A stretch of DNA of 64,000 nt from Phycisphaerae bacterium (GCA_963666835.2 CAXXGO010000001.1:544001-608000); one strand, 5' to 3'. Shown: positions 34,537-45,753, counted from the stretch's first letter. A program made the numbers and translations. The notes: generated by a model not told the origin, from the sequence alone.

Positions 34537-35199
34537 ATGGATGAAGAGCAGGTCGTGCGGGCTGAGAGGTCGCTCATGAAGCCTGCGCGAGCACGTCCAG
34601 AATGGCGTCATCTGGTGCGGTGGCTCATAAAGCTCCGCGGAGCCCCGCGGGCCATCGCCTTGGGTGCCGCGATTGGCGTATTCGTCGCCTTCACGCCCAG
34701 TATCGGGTTTCAGACAGTAATCGCCCTGATCTTGGCCACGCTTCTGAATGCCAACCGACCGGCAGCCATGGCTCTGGTTTGGATCACGAATCCGCTGACC
34801 ATCCCCCCGTGCTTCCTCCTAACTTACTGCGTGGGATCCCTGGTCTGGCCCGGGCCATCACCTGCGACGGTGTCGCGAGAGATTCGGAACGCCATAGCGA
34901 TCGCCGGTCGACACGATTTCTGGGAGATGCACGGTCAGTTCAACGCGTTTGTCGGGATCGGCCGCGATGTCCTGATCCCATTGTTAATTGGCGGCATAGT
35001 CGTGGGGATCATCCTTGGCAGCGTCATGTACGTCCTCACCCTTGGGGCGGTTAAGACGTACCGTCAGCACAGAGCGGCACGCCGCGGGCGACGCGCGTTA
35101 GCGGGCAACAGCGCAGAACCAAGCCAAAAGCCGATGAGGCACGGTGCGTGTTTGCCGGCCGTTAATGACCGGCAGCCGCAAAGGAGGAAAGACCGTTGA
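34537..35199 (+). CDS. DUF2062 membrane protein
   Basis: AIALGAAIGVF..WITNPLT. Confidence 0.85.
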   Translation: MDEEQVVRAERSLMKPARARPEWRHLVRWLIKLRGAPRAIALGAAIGVFVAFTPSIGFQTVIALILATLLNANRPAAMALVWITNPLTIPPCFLLTYCVGSLVWPGPSPATVSREIRNAIAIAGRHDFWEMHGQFNAFVGIGRDVLIPLLIGGIVVGIILGSVMYVLTLGAVKTYRQHRAARRGRRALAGNSAEPSQKPMRHGACLPAVNDRQPQRRKDR

Positions 35200-36458
35200 C
35201 CATTTGGCTGTGGATCGGTTTTGTCGCGTTGGTGCTGGCGCTACTGGCCCTGGACCTGGGCGTGTTTCACCGCAAGACCCATGCGCTGACCGTCTCCGAG
35301 GCAGCGGTGTGGACAACGATGTGGGTGATCCTCGCGATGTTGTTCACCGCCAGCGTGTATTGGATGTACGAGCACCACTTCCTCGGAATCGGTCTGGCGA
35401 TCGGCCATGAGCTCACTGGCGGGCAAGCCGCCCTTCAGTTCTTCACCGGCTATGTGATCGAAAAGTCACTCAGTCTCGACAACATCTTCGTCATCGCCCT
35501 GATCTTCGCCTACTTTCGGATTCCGGCTATGTTCCAGCACCGCGTGCTCTTTTGGGGCATTCTCGGGGCGCTGGTCATGCGCGGCGCCATGATCGCCGCT
35601 GGCACCGTCCTTATTCACCGTTTTGCATGGGTTACCTACCTCTTCGGTGCTTTGCTGATCGCGACGGCGATCAAGCTGCTCGTGGTCCGGCATGACAACC
35701 TCAAGCCCGATCGAAATCCACTCGTCAGATTGGCACGGAGAATCTACCCAGTCAGCACTGAGCTGGACGGACAGAAGTTCTTCACGCAAATCGACGGGCG
35801 GCGTGCGGTCACACCATTGCTGTTAGTACTGCTGGTCGTAGAAAGCACCGACGTTCTGTTTGCGATGGACTCGATCCCCGCCATCTTCGCCGTGACTCGG
35901 GATCCGTTCATCGTGTTCACCTCAAACGTATTTGCGATCTTAGGCTTGCGCTCGCTTTACTTTGTGCTCGCCGGCGTAATGGACAAGTTTCGCTACCTCA
36001 AGATCAGTCTCGTATTCCTTCTGGCCTTCGTCGGGGTGAAGATGCTCCTCGCCCACCGTTTTCCGATACCCACGCTCGTTTCCCTGGGGATTATCAGTGG
36101 GATCCTGTCCGTGGGGGTCTTGGCTTCCATCCTGGCGGGGCACCGGGACAACGCCGCCCTTGTCTCACCGATTGCTGATGAGCTCGAAGACCTGGCTGAA
36201 TACTCATGGAAGCAGACTCGCCGTATCGTGATTGTTCTTATTGGCGCCACCATACTGATCGTCGGGATTGCGATGATCGTTCTTCCCGGTCCGGCAATTT
36301 TGGTTATCCCTGCCGGGCTCGCGATACTTGGAACCGAGTTCTTGTGGGCCCGGCAGCTGCTCGGAAAGATGAGGAAGACAGGGACTACGTTTTGGCAAAC
36401 GCTGCGGGATGCGATCCGTGGCAGCCAGATGGGAAACGGAGCTGGTGATCAAAGCTAG
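35196..36458 (+). CDS. TerC-family protein with a C-terminal PGPGW-like domain
   Basis: EKSLSLDN, DSIPA, SNVFAILGLR; tail LPGPAILVIPAGLAILGTEF. Confidence 0.9.
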   Translation: MTIWLWIGFVALVLALLALDLGVFHRKTHALTVSEAAVWTTMWVILAMLFTASVYWMYEHHFLGIGLAIGHELTGGQAALQFFTGYVIEKSLSLDNIFVIALIFAYFRIPAMFQHRVLFWGILGALVMRGAMIAAGTVLIHRFAWVTYLFGALLIATAIKLLVVRHDNLKPDRNPLVRLARRIYPVSTELDGQKFFTQIDGRRAVTPLLLVLLVVESTDVLFAMDSIPAIFAVTRDPFIVFTSNVFAILGLRSLYFVLAGVMDKFRYLKISLVFLLAFVGVKMLLAHRFPIPTLVSLGIISGILSVGVLASILAGHRDNAALVSPIADELEDLAEYSWKQTRRIVIVLIGATILIVGIAMIVLPGPAILVIPAGLAILGTEFLWARQLLGKMRKTGTTFWQTLRDAIRGSQMGNGAGDQS

Positions 36459-36505
36459 GCAGATGAACCGCTTTGCTGATCCGCACTGAGTAGGAGTTCC
36501 GCATT

Positions 36506-37624
36506 ATGAAATGGTCTTGGAAGGCGGGTGCGATCTCGGGAGTCGCCATCCATATTCATTGGACGTTCGTGCTTCTGATCGGCTGGATTCTTGCTGCCCA
36601 TCTGACGCGTGGTGAGACGATCGCTGACGCTATGGTGGGGCTCGGCTTCATCTTGGCGATCTTCGGTTGTGTTGTGCTGCATGAACTTGGCCATGCCCTC
36701 GCAGCTAGACGCTATGGAATCGCGACGCGGGATATTACGCTGCTGCCAATCGGCGGTGTCGCCCGGCTTGAGCGGATGCCAGAGAATCCTATCGAGGAGC
36801 TGGTTGTCGCGGTAGCCGGTCCTGCCGTCAACATGGTGATTGCCGCTGCCCTCCTTGTAGGCGTCGCGGTGTCCGTGGGAATCGGCTCGATGGGGCAAGT
36901 CGACCCAGCGGGAGGGCACTTCTTGGTCCAGTTGACGTACGTGAACATCGCACTGGTCGTGTTCAATCTCATTCCGGCGTTTCCCATGGATGGAGGTCGC
37001 GTCTTGCGGGCGCTCCTCGCGACACGCATCGAGTACGTGCGCGCGACGCAGATCGCGGCCACAATAGGGCAAGGTCTGGCCATCGTCTTCGGCGTCTTAG
37101 GCTTCTTCTTCAATCCGTTCTTACTGTTCATTGCGCTCTTTGTATATCTCGGGGCGCAGGCCGAAGCTCATCACACCGAATTGCGTTCGCTCACACGCGG
37201 TGTGCCGGTGCGCGAGGCGATGGTCACGCGGTTTCGGTCGCTGGCAGAGGCTGACAGCCTCTCGAAGGTGGTCGAGGAGTTGCTCTCCGGCGACCAGCAG
37301 GATTTTCCAGTCAAGAGCGGCTCCCGTGTAGTAGGAATCCTCCCCCGGGACGCGTTGATCAAGGCCCTCGCGTCAACCGGGCCAACCGGCAGCGTGGCCG
37401 ACGTGATGCGGCGAGACTTCCAAACGGTGAGCGATACCGAGATGCTCGATCAGGTATTCGAACCGATGCGCGCGGCAGGCCTGAGAGCCGTCCCCGTTAA
37501 TCGACAGGGTGAGCTGGTCGGAATGCTGACGCTTGAGAACCTCGGGGAATGGATGATGGTGAACTGCGCGCTTCGGAAATGTCGGCCACGAAGCGCCATC
37601 GAGAATATCTTCGGCAAGATCTGA
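36506..37624 (+). CDS. Site-2 protease (M50) with CBS pair
   Basis: HELGH, FNLIPAFPMDGGR. Confidence 0.93.
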   Translation: MKWSWKAGAISGVAIHIHWTFVLLIGWILAAHLTRGETIADAMVGLGFILAIFGCVVLHELGHALAARRYGIATRDITLLPIGGVARLERMPENPIEELVVAVAGPAVNMVIAAALLVGVAVSVGIGSMGQVDPAGGHFLVQLTYVNIALVVFNLIPAFPMDGGRVLRALLATRIEYVRATQIAATIGQGLAIVFGVLGFFFNPFLLFIALFVYLGAQAEAHHTELRSLTRGVPVREAMVTRFRSLAEADSLSKVVEELLSGDQQDFPVKSGSRVVGILPRDALIKALASTGPTGSVADVMRRDFQTVSDTEMLDQVFEPMRAAGLRAVPVNRQGELVGMLTLENLGEWMMVNCALRKCRPRSAIENIFGKI

Positions 37625-37728
37625 ACTCCGTCGCACGCGACTGGCATCTCGCCGCCGCGTGCCTTAGTGTCACGCCTGGCGTCCCGATGCGTGGCTGAGT
37701 CGCGTTACTCGCATTTGGAGTTGCTCCG

Positions 37729-38850
37729 ATGGCACGCAGAAAACACACGTTTCTATCGACAAAGGTGGTCCGCGGCATACTCACAGGGTTGGTCTTCCTG
37801 GTTGTGGTCGTGCTGCTGATGGTCTGGCTGGCCGGTGGGTTCCACCGCAAGATCGACCGATCTTCGTCTCAATCCCACGCCGCATCCAGTCCTACAATTG
37901 AACTGCCTACCGATGCGGCGACGGCGCAAGTCCGGTTGATGCAGGTGCCCCGGGTCGAGCAAGCGGTGGGGACTGTCCGGGCCGTGCATGAAAGCGCTGT
38001 CGCAGCGAAGCTGCTTGCGAAGATCATGGAAGTCAACATTACGGCAGGGCAGGCGGTCAGCAAGGGGGACGTTCTGGTGCGCTTGGACGACGAGGATTTG
38101 GCCGCTCGGGTTGAGCAGGCGCAATCGAGCGCCAGTGGAGCCCGCTTCGCCCGTGATCAGGCCAAGATCGAGTACGACCGCATCAAACAGCTGATAGAGC
38201 AGGCAGCTGCCTCGAAGATTGAATGGGACCGGGTGCAGAGTGCGCTCAAAACCGCTGAAGCCGAGCTACAACGTGCCGAGCAGGCGGTCAATGAATCCAA
38301 AACCGTATTGGGCTACGCAACGATTCGGGCTCCCATTGACGGTGTGGTTATCGATAAACGCGTTGAGGTTGGCGACACCGCGACACCCGGTCAGATCTTG
38401 CTGACGCTTTACGATCCGACGCGCATGCAGCTGGTTGCGAGCGTCCGCGAGTCACTCACGCGAAGGCTGCAGGTTGGGCAGACGATCGGCGTGAGCATCG
38501 AGACGATCGGACATACCTGCGAGGGGCGTGTGAGCGAGATCGTTCCTGAGGCCGAAGCGGCGAGCAGGACGTTTCTCGTGAAGGTGACCGGTCCATGTCC
38601 ACCGGGCGTTTACACGGGTATGTTTGGCCGATTGCTGATTCCTCTCGACGACGAGTTCGTTCTCGTCATCCCACGGTCAGCCGTGGAGCAGGTCGGGCAG
38701 CTGGAGCTTGTAAAGGTCGTTGAAGACGACCGGCTGCGGCGGCGTGCGGTCAAGCTTGGCCGATCCTTTGGTGACGACGTCGAGGTTCTTTCAGGCCTGC
38801 GCGAAGGCGAGCGGGTCACCGTCCAGCAAACTCAGGAGGAGCCCAAGTGA
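37729..38850 (+). CDS. RND periplasmic adaptor
   Basis: IRAPIDG, lipoyl/hairpin pattern, VLSGL. Confidence 0.9.
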   Translation: MARRKHTFLSTKVVRGILTGLVFLVVVVLLMVWLAGGFHRKIDRSSSQSHAASSPTIELPTDAATAQVRLMQVPRVEQAVGTVRAVHESAVAAKLLAKIMEVNITAGQAVSKGDVLVRLDDEDLAARVEQAQSSASGARFARDQAKIEYDRIKQLIEQAAASKIEWDRVQSALKTAEAELQRAEQAVNESKTVLGYATIRAPIDGVVIDKRVEVGDTATPGQILLTLYDPTRMQLVASVRESLTRRLQVGQTIGVSIETIGHTCEGRVSEIVPEAEAASRTFLVKVTGPCPPGVYTGMFGRLLIPLDDEFVLVIPRSAVEQVGQLELVKVVEDDRLRRRAVKLGRSFGDDVEVLSGLREGERVTVQQTQEEPK

Positions 38851-41800
38851 TGACGTCAGGTGCAACTCCACCCGCTGTCGACTCCAAGCACGGCTTCACC
38901 AATGCCATTGTACGGGCTTTCTTGGAGTCGAATCTGTCGCTAGTCCTGATTCTGCTGGCCGCAGCGCTTGGGATGACCGCGCTCGCAGTCACACCGCGCG
39001 AGGAAGACCCACAAATCGTGGTGCCCATGGCCGACGTGTACGTGGACTTTCCCGGGCACTCGGCCGAGGAAGTCGAACAACTCGTGACCACCCCGCTGGA
39101 GAAGCTGCTCTACGAAATCGACGGCGTTGAGTACGTCTACTCGATGTCCCGCGAAGGATCGGCCATCATCACGGTTCGCTACTTCGTGGGGGAAGACCGC
39201 GAACGCAGTCTGGTGAAGCTCTACAAACGCATTGACGAGCATCTCGACATCGTACCGCCCGGAGTGGCCGGCTGGGTGATTAAGCCGGTCGAGATCGACG
39301 ATGTCCCCATCATCACGCTAACGCTCTCCAGTGCCACATCGGACGGGCACGTCTTGCGTCGTGTTGCCGAGGAACTGGTGCAGCGGCTCTCCACCGTCGA
39401 GAACCTCTCGCGGGCGTACGTCGTGGGTGGCCAGCCGCGCGTCGTCCATGTCTATCTTGATCCCCGCCGCATGGAGGGTTATCGAATCTCTCCGCTCGAC
39501 GTCAAACAGGCGATCGAGTCTGCCAATGTGACAGCCATTGTAGGGAGCTTCGCCCGCGAAGACAGGTCGCAACGTGTCGAGGTCGGGACGGCGTTCGCCC
39601 ATCCTGATGAGCTTCGCGATCTGGTGGTCGGCGTATCCGGTGATCGACCCGTCTTCCTGAAGGATGTCGCCCGCGTTGTTGACGGGGCGTGGGAGGTGAC
39701 GGACTACGTTCGTCATGGCTGGGGGCCGGCACGGGGTTTCGAGCATCGCAAGTCATTCACCGGCACACTCGCGGACGGCGACGGCGCTGCCGATGGCCCC
39801 GATGCTGCAAGTGTGCCAGCGGTCACGATCGCGCTCGCCAAGAAGAAGGGCACGAATGCCGTCAAGGTCGCTGAAGAGATTCTCTTGAAAGCGGAGTTGC
39901 TCAAGCGTGAGGTCGTTCCGGATGACGTCGACATGGTCATCACGCGCAACTACGGTCTAACCGCCGACGAAAAAGTGAACGAACTGGTCGAAGCCTTAGG
40001 CGTGGCTATCTTCATCGTGATCGCCTTGCTGACGCTGGGGCTGGGATGGCGCGAGTCGCTGATCGTTGTCCTGGCAATCCCGGTCGTGTTCGGCTTGACC
40101 CTGACGGTCAACCTGCTCTTCGGCTTCACCATCAACCGTGTGACGCTCTTTGCGCTAATCCTCTCCCTCGGCCTGCTCGTGGACGACCCGATCGTGGATG
40201 TCGAGAACATCTCGCGACACTTTGGGCTCCACCGTCGAGCCTCACGGGACATTGTTCTCGAGGCTGTTGCCGAGATCCGCCCCCCGCTGATCACCGCCAC
40301 GTTGGCCGTCATTGTCTCGTTTCTACCAATGTTCTTTATCACGGGCATGATGGGGCCGTACATGCGCCCGATGGCCCTAAACGTCCCGATAGCGATGCTC
40401 ATGTCGATGGTGGTGGCCTTCACCATCACTCCTTGGCTTTCGTTCCACCTGCTCAAGAGGAAGTACTCATCTGGCGATCCGGTGCCTGACCAAGTCGCCG
40501 ATGTGCATGATACCAGCAAAGTGAAGAAGTCGATGCTCTATCGGTTCTTCTATCCACTGATGGCCCCGCTTCTCCATTCGCGCATGAAGGCTTGGGTATT
40601 TTTGGTGATCATGGGTAGCCTCACCCTGCTGGCGGCCGGGCTGGCTGTGACCCGGCACGTTCCCTTGAAAACGCTGCCGTTCGACAACAAGAACGAATTG
40701 CTGTTCGTGCTCGATCTTGACGAGGGGACAACGCTGGAACGTACGGACGCGTGCGTTCGCGAGGTTGAGGAGTACCTGTATGGCGTGGTGGAGGTGACCG
40801 ATTTTACTTCCTTTGTCGGTCTCTCCTCTCCGATGGACTTCAATGGCATGGTGCGGCACTACTACCTGCGCCGCGGAGACAACGTTGCCGAGATTCGAGT
40901 CAACCTGGTGGGTAAGAAGAGCCGCAGCCAGCAGAGCCACGCCATCGGACTGCGTATCCGCGACGACCTGACGCAGATCGCCCGGAGGCATGATGCAAGC
41001 CTGAAGATCGTTGAGATCCCACCCGGCCCGCCGGTCATTGCGACTGTTGTGGGCGAAATCTACGGCCGGCCGTATCACTCCTACGATGCCCTTATTGAAG
41101 CCGCCAAGGTATTGCGGGCCCGGCTCGAGGCCGAGCCTGGTATTGTGGATGTCGACGACTCCGTCGAGGCCGATGAGACTAAGGTGGTCTTCCGCACCGA
41201 CAAGGAGAAGGCGGCGCTGAACGGTGTCACGGTGGCCGAGATCGTCGAGACGCTCGAAATCTGCCTGGACGGCGTGTCTGGCGGCACCGTGCATGTGCGT
41301 TCCGAGCGCCATCCGCTCCTCATCGAGTTGCGGCTGCAAAGGGCCATCCGTTCCAGTGTCGCCGATCTTGCCGAAGTGCGTGTCAAGGGGCGAAATGGGA
41401 ACGTGGTGCCACTGGCAGAACTCGGACGATGGGAGAACTCACGCTTAGACAAAACCATCTACCACAAGAACCTGCGTCGGGTGGCGTATGTGTTTGCCGA
41501 GACCGCCGGGCGCGCTGCAGCTGATACCGTCGTCGACATTCAAGCCGACCGTGTGGTTGAGACGCTCAGCATGCCGATTGGCGCATCGGTGCTGGGCAAC
41601 GGATGGATCAGTACGGCAAGCCCGAGGCCGACGGCTGGACGTACTTTCTTCAACAACGGCAGCGGAGTCCCGTGGTACGTTCCCGAGGGGATTGAAGTCG
41701 ACTTTGCCGGTGAGGGTGAGTGGAAGATCACGCTGGACGTCTTTCGCGATCTGGGTCTGGCGTTTGCGGCGGCCTTGGCGGGCATTTACATTCTTCTTGT

Positions 41801-42308
41801 CGGACAGACACGTTCATTCGTGGTCCCGGTGGTGGTCATGCTCGCCATTCCGTTAAACATACTGGGCATCATGCCGGGCTTTTGGCTGCTCAATGTTATT
41901 GCCGGCGACACGGTCGGCTCCTACGCTGATCCGATCTTCTTCACCGCCACCGGCATGATTGGCATGATTGCCTTGGCCGGGATTGTGACCCGGGACTCGA
42001 TCATCCTTGTGGATTTCATCCATCTTTCTCTTAAACGGGGACGATCACTCTTTGATGCTATCATGGAAAGCCGCGTCGTGCGACTGCGCCCCATCCTGCT
42101 GACCGTGGCGACGGCCATGCTGTCCGCGGTGCCGATTACGATCGACCCGATCTTCTCGGGCCTGGCATGGTCGCTGATCTTCGGCCTTTTCGCTTCCACC
42201 GTGTTTACGCTTTTTGTTATCCCAATCGCCTACTGGCTGATTTATGCTAATCGCCCGGGGCACGGGGAACAGCACCCCCGGCCCGTGACACAGCAAAACC
42301 CTGCATGA
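38847..42308 (+). CDS. RND efflux permease
   Basis: PREEDPQI, GLLVDD, RLRPILLT. Confidence 0.95.
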   Translation: MMTSGATPPAVDSKHGFTNAIVRAFLESNLSLVLILLAAALGMTALAVTPREEDPQIVVPMADVYVDFPGHSAEEVEQLVTTPLEKLLYEIDGVEYVYSMSREGSAIITVRYFVGEDRERSLVKLYKRIDEHLDIVPPGVAGWVIKPVEIDDVPIITLTLSSATSDGHVLRRVAEELVQRLSTVENLSRAYVVGGQPRVVHVYLDPRRMEGYRISPLDVKQAIESANVTAIVGSFAREDRSQRVEVGTAFAHPDELRDLVVGVSGDRPVFLKDVARVVDGAWEVTDYVRHGWGPARGFEHRKSFTGTLADGDGAADGPDAASVPAVTIALAKKKGTNAVKVAEEILLKAELLKREVVPDDVDMVITRNYGLTADEKVNELVEALGVAIFIVIALLTLGLGWRESLIVVLAIPVVFGLTLTVNLLFGFTINRVTLFALILSLGLLVDDPIVDVENISRHFGLHRRASRDIVLEAVAEIRPPLITATLAVIVSFLPMFFITGMMGPYMRPMALNVPIAMLMSMVVAFTITPWLSFHLLKRKYSSGDPVPDQVADVHDTSKVKKSMLYRFFYPLMAPLLHSRMKAWVFLVIMGSLTLLAAGLAVTRHVPLKTLPFDNKNELLFVLDLDEGTTLERTDACVREVEEYLYGVVEVTDFTSFVGLSSPMDFNGMVRHYYLRRGDNVAEIRVNLVGKKSRSQQSHAIGLRIRDDLTQIARRHDASLKIVEIPPGPPVIATVVGEIYGRPYHSYDALIEAAKVLRARLEAEPGIVDVDDSVEADETKVVFRTDKEKAALNGVTVAEIVETLEICLDGVSGGTVHVRSERHPLLIELRLQRAIRSSVADLAEVRVKGRNGNVVPLAELGRWENSRLDKTIYHKNLRRVAYVFAETAGRAAADTVVDIQADRVVETLSMPIGASVLGNGWISTASPRPTAGRTFFNNGSGVPWYVPEGIEVDFAGEGEWKITLDVFRDLGLAFAAALAGIYILLVGQTRSFVVPVVVMLAIPLNILGIMPGFWLLNVIAGDTVGSYADPIFFTATGMIGMIALAGIVTRDSIILVDFIHLSLKRGRSLFDAIMESRVVRLRPILLTVATAMLSAVPITIDPIFSGLAWSLIFGLFASTVFTLFVIPIAYWLIYANRPGHGEQHPRPVTQQNPA

Positions 42309-42316
42309 TGCCGGGA

Positions 42317-42910
42317 CTATCCTCCCCTCATCTCGCTCATTCCCGCGGTTACGGCGAACCGCATCGCCTGCTCGATGGACATGTCGATTGGTTGGACAGC
42401 CGAGCGCGGGACCATTGTCGTGAACCCGCCGATCTGGTAGCTCATCGGCAGATAGACCGCCACGTTACCATCGCCACCGATCCCGGCCGGCAGGTCGCCG
42501 AAATCCTCTCGCGTGATAAACCCGATGAAACGTAGCGGGGTGTTCCCGACGGAAACCACGACGGCCTTGCGAATCGTTTTCTTGTCGGAGCCTGAGAAGA
42601 AGCCCATCAGGTCGCGCACGGACCCATACAGCGCCTTCACCAGGGGAATTCGCTCCACGAACCTCTCGCCCCATCGAAACACCTTTCGAAAGAGCCACGC
42701 CTTCATCAAAACGCCAATCACGAAGACCAAAGCCAGCCCGGCCACGACGCCCATCCCCGGCCAGTACAGGCTGCTCGGGACAAGCATCTTCAGTCCTCGT
42801 CCCAGGAAAGACTCTGCCGCGCTGCCCAGCCAGTACAGCACATAGAGCGTCACCGTGACCGGCAGAACGGCGGCCAGCCCTGTGAGAAACATCCTTATAA
42901 CCAGCTTCAT
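42317..42910 (-). CDS. DUF502 membrane protein
   Basis: RIPLVKALY, VYLPMSYQIGG. Confidence 0.85.
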   Translation of the reverse strand: MKLVIRMFLTGLAAVLPVTVTLYVLYWLGSAAESFLGRGLKMLVPSSLYWPGMGVVAGLALVFVIGVLMKAWLFRKVFRWGERFVERIPLVKALYGSVRDLMGFFSGSDKKTIRKAVVVSVGNTPLRFIGFITREDFGDLPAGIGGDGNVAVYLPMSYQIGGFTTMVPRSAVQPIDMSIEQAMRFAVTAGMSEMRGG

Positions 42911-43211
42911 GTTCACGTTCCTTTCGAAAGCCGCCCGGGCGTTGATTCATCAGAAGAGTCCTCCATGCTCGCGAAAAGCGCCCACGTGGCCCGTGTCCAG
43001 CACAACATCACCCTTCTCCGAAGGCACGGCAGCCTAGCACGGATCTTCGCGCTCACAAGGTTTTCGCCGAGGCTCTGGCGGCCTCGCCGGCACCAATGAT
43101 GTCCCAGAACTCGCCGGGAACGTGGCGCTGAGAGAGGATCCCCGGAAGCGAGCTCCATTCGTCCTGTCCACGGGCGTGCTACGATGCGCTGTAGGCTGCT
43201 TGAGGGGGGGC

Positions 43212-43592
43212 CTAGACTTTCTTTTTCTCGCGGAAGAGTGGCGACTCGGCCAAGGTGAAGACCACGATCTCTTCTCCGGTGGTGGTGCTGATGTCGTGGT
43301 GCAGGCTCACGACCTTGATGCCGGTGACCTCCTGGACCGTCGATTCCAGGACCGGCCGGGCCGTTTCGATGAGTTGGATCCTCACTTGCTTGAGCAAGTC
43401 CCGGCCCTTCTCGGTTGGTTGCGACTGGACGAGATGCTGCTCGGCCGCGGTCAGAACGCCCTGAAGACGGACCACGAGGAGGTCGCTAATCAAGTGGGAC
43501 TGGATATTCTTCGGCCCGCGGCCCATGAACTCCTGTTCAAAACGCCTGATGCCCTCGGAAACGGCAGCCTCGATTTCTCCCTGTGTTTTCAT
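43212..43592 (-). CDS. DUF2294/MpsC-family protein (type A)
   Basis: GRGPK, GVLTAAE, VTGIKVVSLHHDIST..GEEIVVFTL. Confidence 0.88.
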   Translation of the reverse strand: MKTQGEIEAAVSEGIRRFEQEFMGRGPKNIQSHLISDLLVVRLQGVLTAAEQHLVQSQPTEKGRDLLKQVRIQLIETARPVLESTVQEVTGIKVVSLHHDISTTTGEEIVVFTLAESPLFREKKKV

Positions 43593-43779
43593 CGTGACCT
43601 CCAACCTGTCCCACGTACCGGTCAAAGTCTGGCAGAGGCGAAACGTTTACTCGGCCAAAAGCGAAACCGTCTGGCGTCGGAAACCTGCGTAGTAGCAGGG
43701 AATCGCCGACCGGGTAATAATTCTGCTTTGTTTCTCAGAAACTGCAAGCATCGGCGCGCCGATGGAGTATACTATAGTA

Positions 43780-43931
43780 GTGAGCGGGGTTGCCGTACGC
43801 CTAACGGCGGCTCCGGTCGAGGTTTTCGGATGACTTAATAAAGGGCAACCCGGCGCTGCCGGGGCGTCCGTTGCAGAGTAAGCCGACGTGGTTGCGCACC
43901 TTCGGGTGTTTGGCCACGTCGGCTTTTTTTT
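43780..43931 (+). ncRNA. Conserved structured leader with terminator, copy 3
   Basis: Same core; TATACT at 43768-43773; terminator 43880-43931. Confidence 0.8.
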
Positions 43932-43944
43932 GAGGAGTTCAACC

Positions 43945-44211
43945 ATGGTTATCGGAGTAATCGGCTGGATCGTGTTGGGGCTCATCGCCGGCTACATTGC
44001 CAGCACGCTGGTAAACAAGCGTGGCAAAGGACTCGCCTTTGATATTCTGCTCGGCATGGTCGGCGCGGTGATTGGCGGCTGGATCTTCAACGCGGCCGGG
44101 GCTACCGGCGTGACGGGCTTCAATGCCTGGAGCCTTCTGGTGGCCGTGGTCGGAGCGGTGGTAGTGCTGGTAGTCTGGCACGCCATCCGACGCTCGGCCC
44201 GGCGCGCATGA
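43945..44211 (+). CDS. GlsB/YeaQ/YmgE stress membrane protein
   Basis: WIVLGLIAGYIA..GMVGAVIGG. Confidence 0.9.
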   Translation: MVIGVIGWIVLGLIAGYIASTLVNKRGKGLAFDILLGMVGAVIGGWIFNAAGATGVTGFNAWSLLVAVVGAVVVLVVWHAIRRSARRA

Positions 44212-44280
44212 ACTTCACGATATCGACGTGAAAGGACCGCCTCATGTAGCGGCGTGAGTCCTCTCTCGTCGAGGCAGCGG

Positions 44281-44441
44281 TAGAAGATGTACGGAGCCAA
44301 CGGTGACGTTTCGTTCGGCTCCAATCATGGTTTGAGTCGGATGACTAGATGAAGGGCAACCCGGCCTGGCCGGGGGGCTCGTTGAAGAGTAAGCCGACGT
44401 GGTCGCGCACCTTCGGGTGTCTGGCCGCGTCGGCTTTTTTT
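44281..44441 (+). ncRNA. Conserved structured leader with terminator, copy 4 (ahead of the Hsp20 pair)
   Basis: GGAGCC/GGCTCC 5' hairpin, core, terminator 44391-44441. Confidence 0.8.
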
Positions 44442-44499
44442 GTTCTTGGCGGCCGCGGTGGTGCGGACGAACGATCCTTTCGCAGAAAGGTGCAGAGAC

Positions 44500-44949
44500 A
44501 TGTTAAGAACCCGATGGCATCCTTTGGGCGTGGTGTGGCCGGAGATGAACCGTCTGCCGGCGGAAATGGAGCATAGGTTAGGCCGTTTTGTGATGAACGA
44601 CCCGAGGCGGCTTGCCCACAGCGCCTATCCGCCGCTCAACCTCTGGGAGGACGACAACAACCTGTACGTCGAAGCGGAACTTCCCGAGCTTGAGGTGACC
44701 GACCTGGAGATCTTTGTCAAAGGCGACAACGAGCTGTCGATCAAAGGCGAGCGCAAGCAACCCGAACTGGGAGAGGGCAAGTGGCATCGTCGGGAGCGAG
44801 GCCATGGTGAGTTCTCGCGGGTGGGCGTGTTGCCTCACTACGTGGACAGCGACAAGGTCACGGCCAAATTCAGGCACGGTGTGTTGACCATCACGTTGCC
44901 GAAGCGAAAGGAGGCCCAGGCGCGGCGAATCGAGGCCAAAGCCACCTAA
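44500..44949 (+). CDS. Hsp20 small heat shock protein
   Basis: YPPLNLWED, GVLTITLPK. Confidence 0.92.
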   Translation: MLRTRWHPLGVVWPEMNRLPAEMEHRLGRFVMNDPRRLAHSAYPPLNLWEDDNNLYVEAELPELEVTDLEIFVKGDNELSIKGERKQPELGEGKWHRRERGHGEFSRVGVLPHYVDSDKVTAKFRHGVLTITLPKRKEAQARRIEAKAT

Positions 44950-45108
44950 TTCCGACACCGGCCGCGTCTCGCCCGCCTTCCACGTCGGCAGGTTGGGTCG
45001 AAAGTGGCCATGTCACGGGAGGTGGGCCTCGACACGAAATCGGCGGTCAATGCGAGCGCGAAACAACGTTTTGGAACGTATTTTCTTGACAAAGTGGAGG
45101 TGCAAACC

Positions 45109-45504
45109 ATGACACCAACCTTAACGACGGAAGAAACCCACAGCGACGTTGCCCCCGTGGAACGTACACTCGGTGGGATTACTTTCAGTCCCCGGTTCGA
45201 CATCTGGGAGAACGACGACGAGACGATTCTGTACGGCGATCTACCCGGTGTCATGCCGAGGGATTTGGATGTTAGCTTCGAAAAGCCCGTGCTGACGATT
45301 CACGGCAAAGTCAGTCCGCGCCACGATGACATCAAGTTCCTGCACGGCGAATACGGAATCGGCGATTTTCACCGTACGTTCACCATCGGCGAAGCGATCG
45401 ACACGGAGAGGATCTCCGCCGAATTCAAGAACGGTGTCCTGACCGTGCATTTGCCGAAGGACGAGAAGGTGAAACCGCGTGAGATCGAGGTCAAATGCCG
45501 CTGA
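45109..45504 (+). CDS. Hsp20 small heat shock protein
   Basis: PRFDIWE, NGVLTVHLPK. Confidence 0.92.
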   Translation: MTPTLTTEETHSDVAPVERTLGGITFSPRFDIWENDDETILYGDLPGVMPRDLDVSFEKPVLTIHGKVSPRHDDIKFLHGEYGIGDFHRTFTIGEAIDTERISAEFKNGVLTVHLPKDEKVKPREIEVKCR

Positions 45505-45753
45505 TGCAAAGACCTCTGAGGAATCGTATCTGGTTCGAAATCGGAGCCGCTGGCGCCGAAGGCAAAGGACGCTGCGCTGAGCCCTCCTCGTGTCACCACA
45601 ATGAAAGGTCTTCCAGTTGCTCCATTCTGATCATCCTGCTGCCTACGGGACGCACGTGATCACCAGCGCAGCGAGATCGTCTGCGCTCAAGAAGGAGGTC
45701 TGGTTATGACTCGATTCGCTTGGATGACTGATTGATCTAAAAGGAGAATCTTC

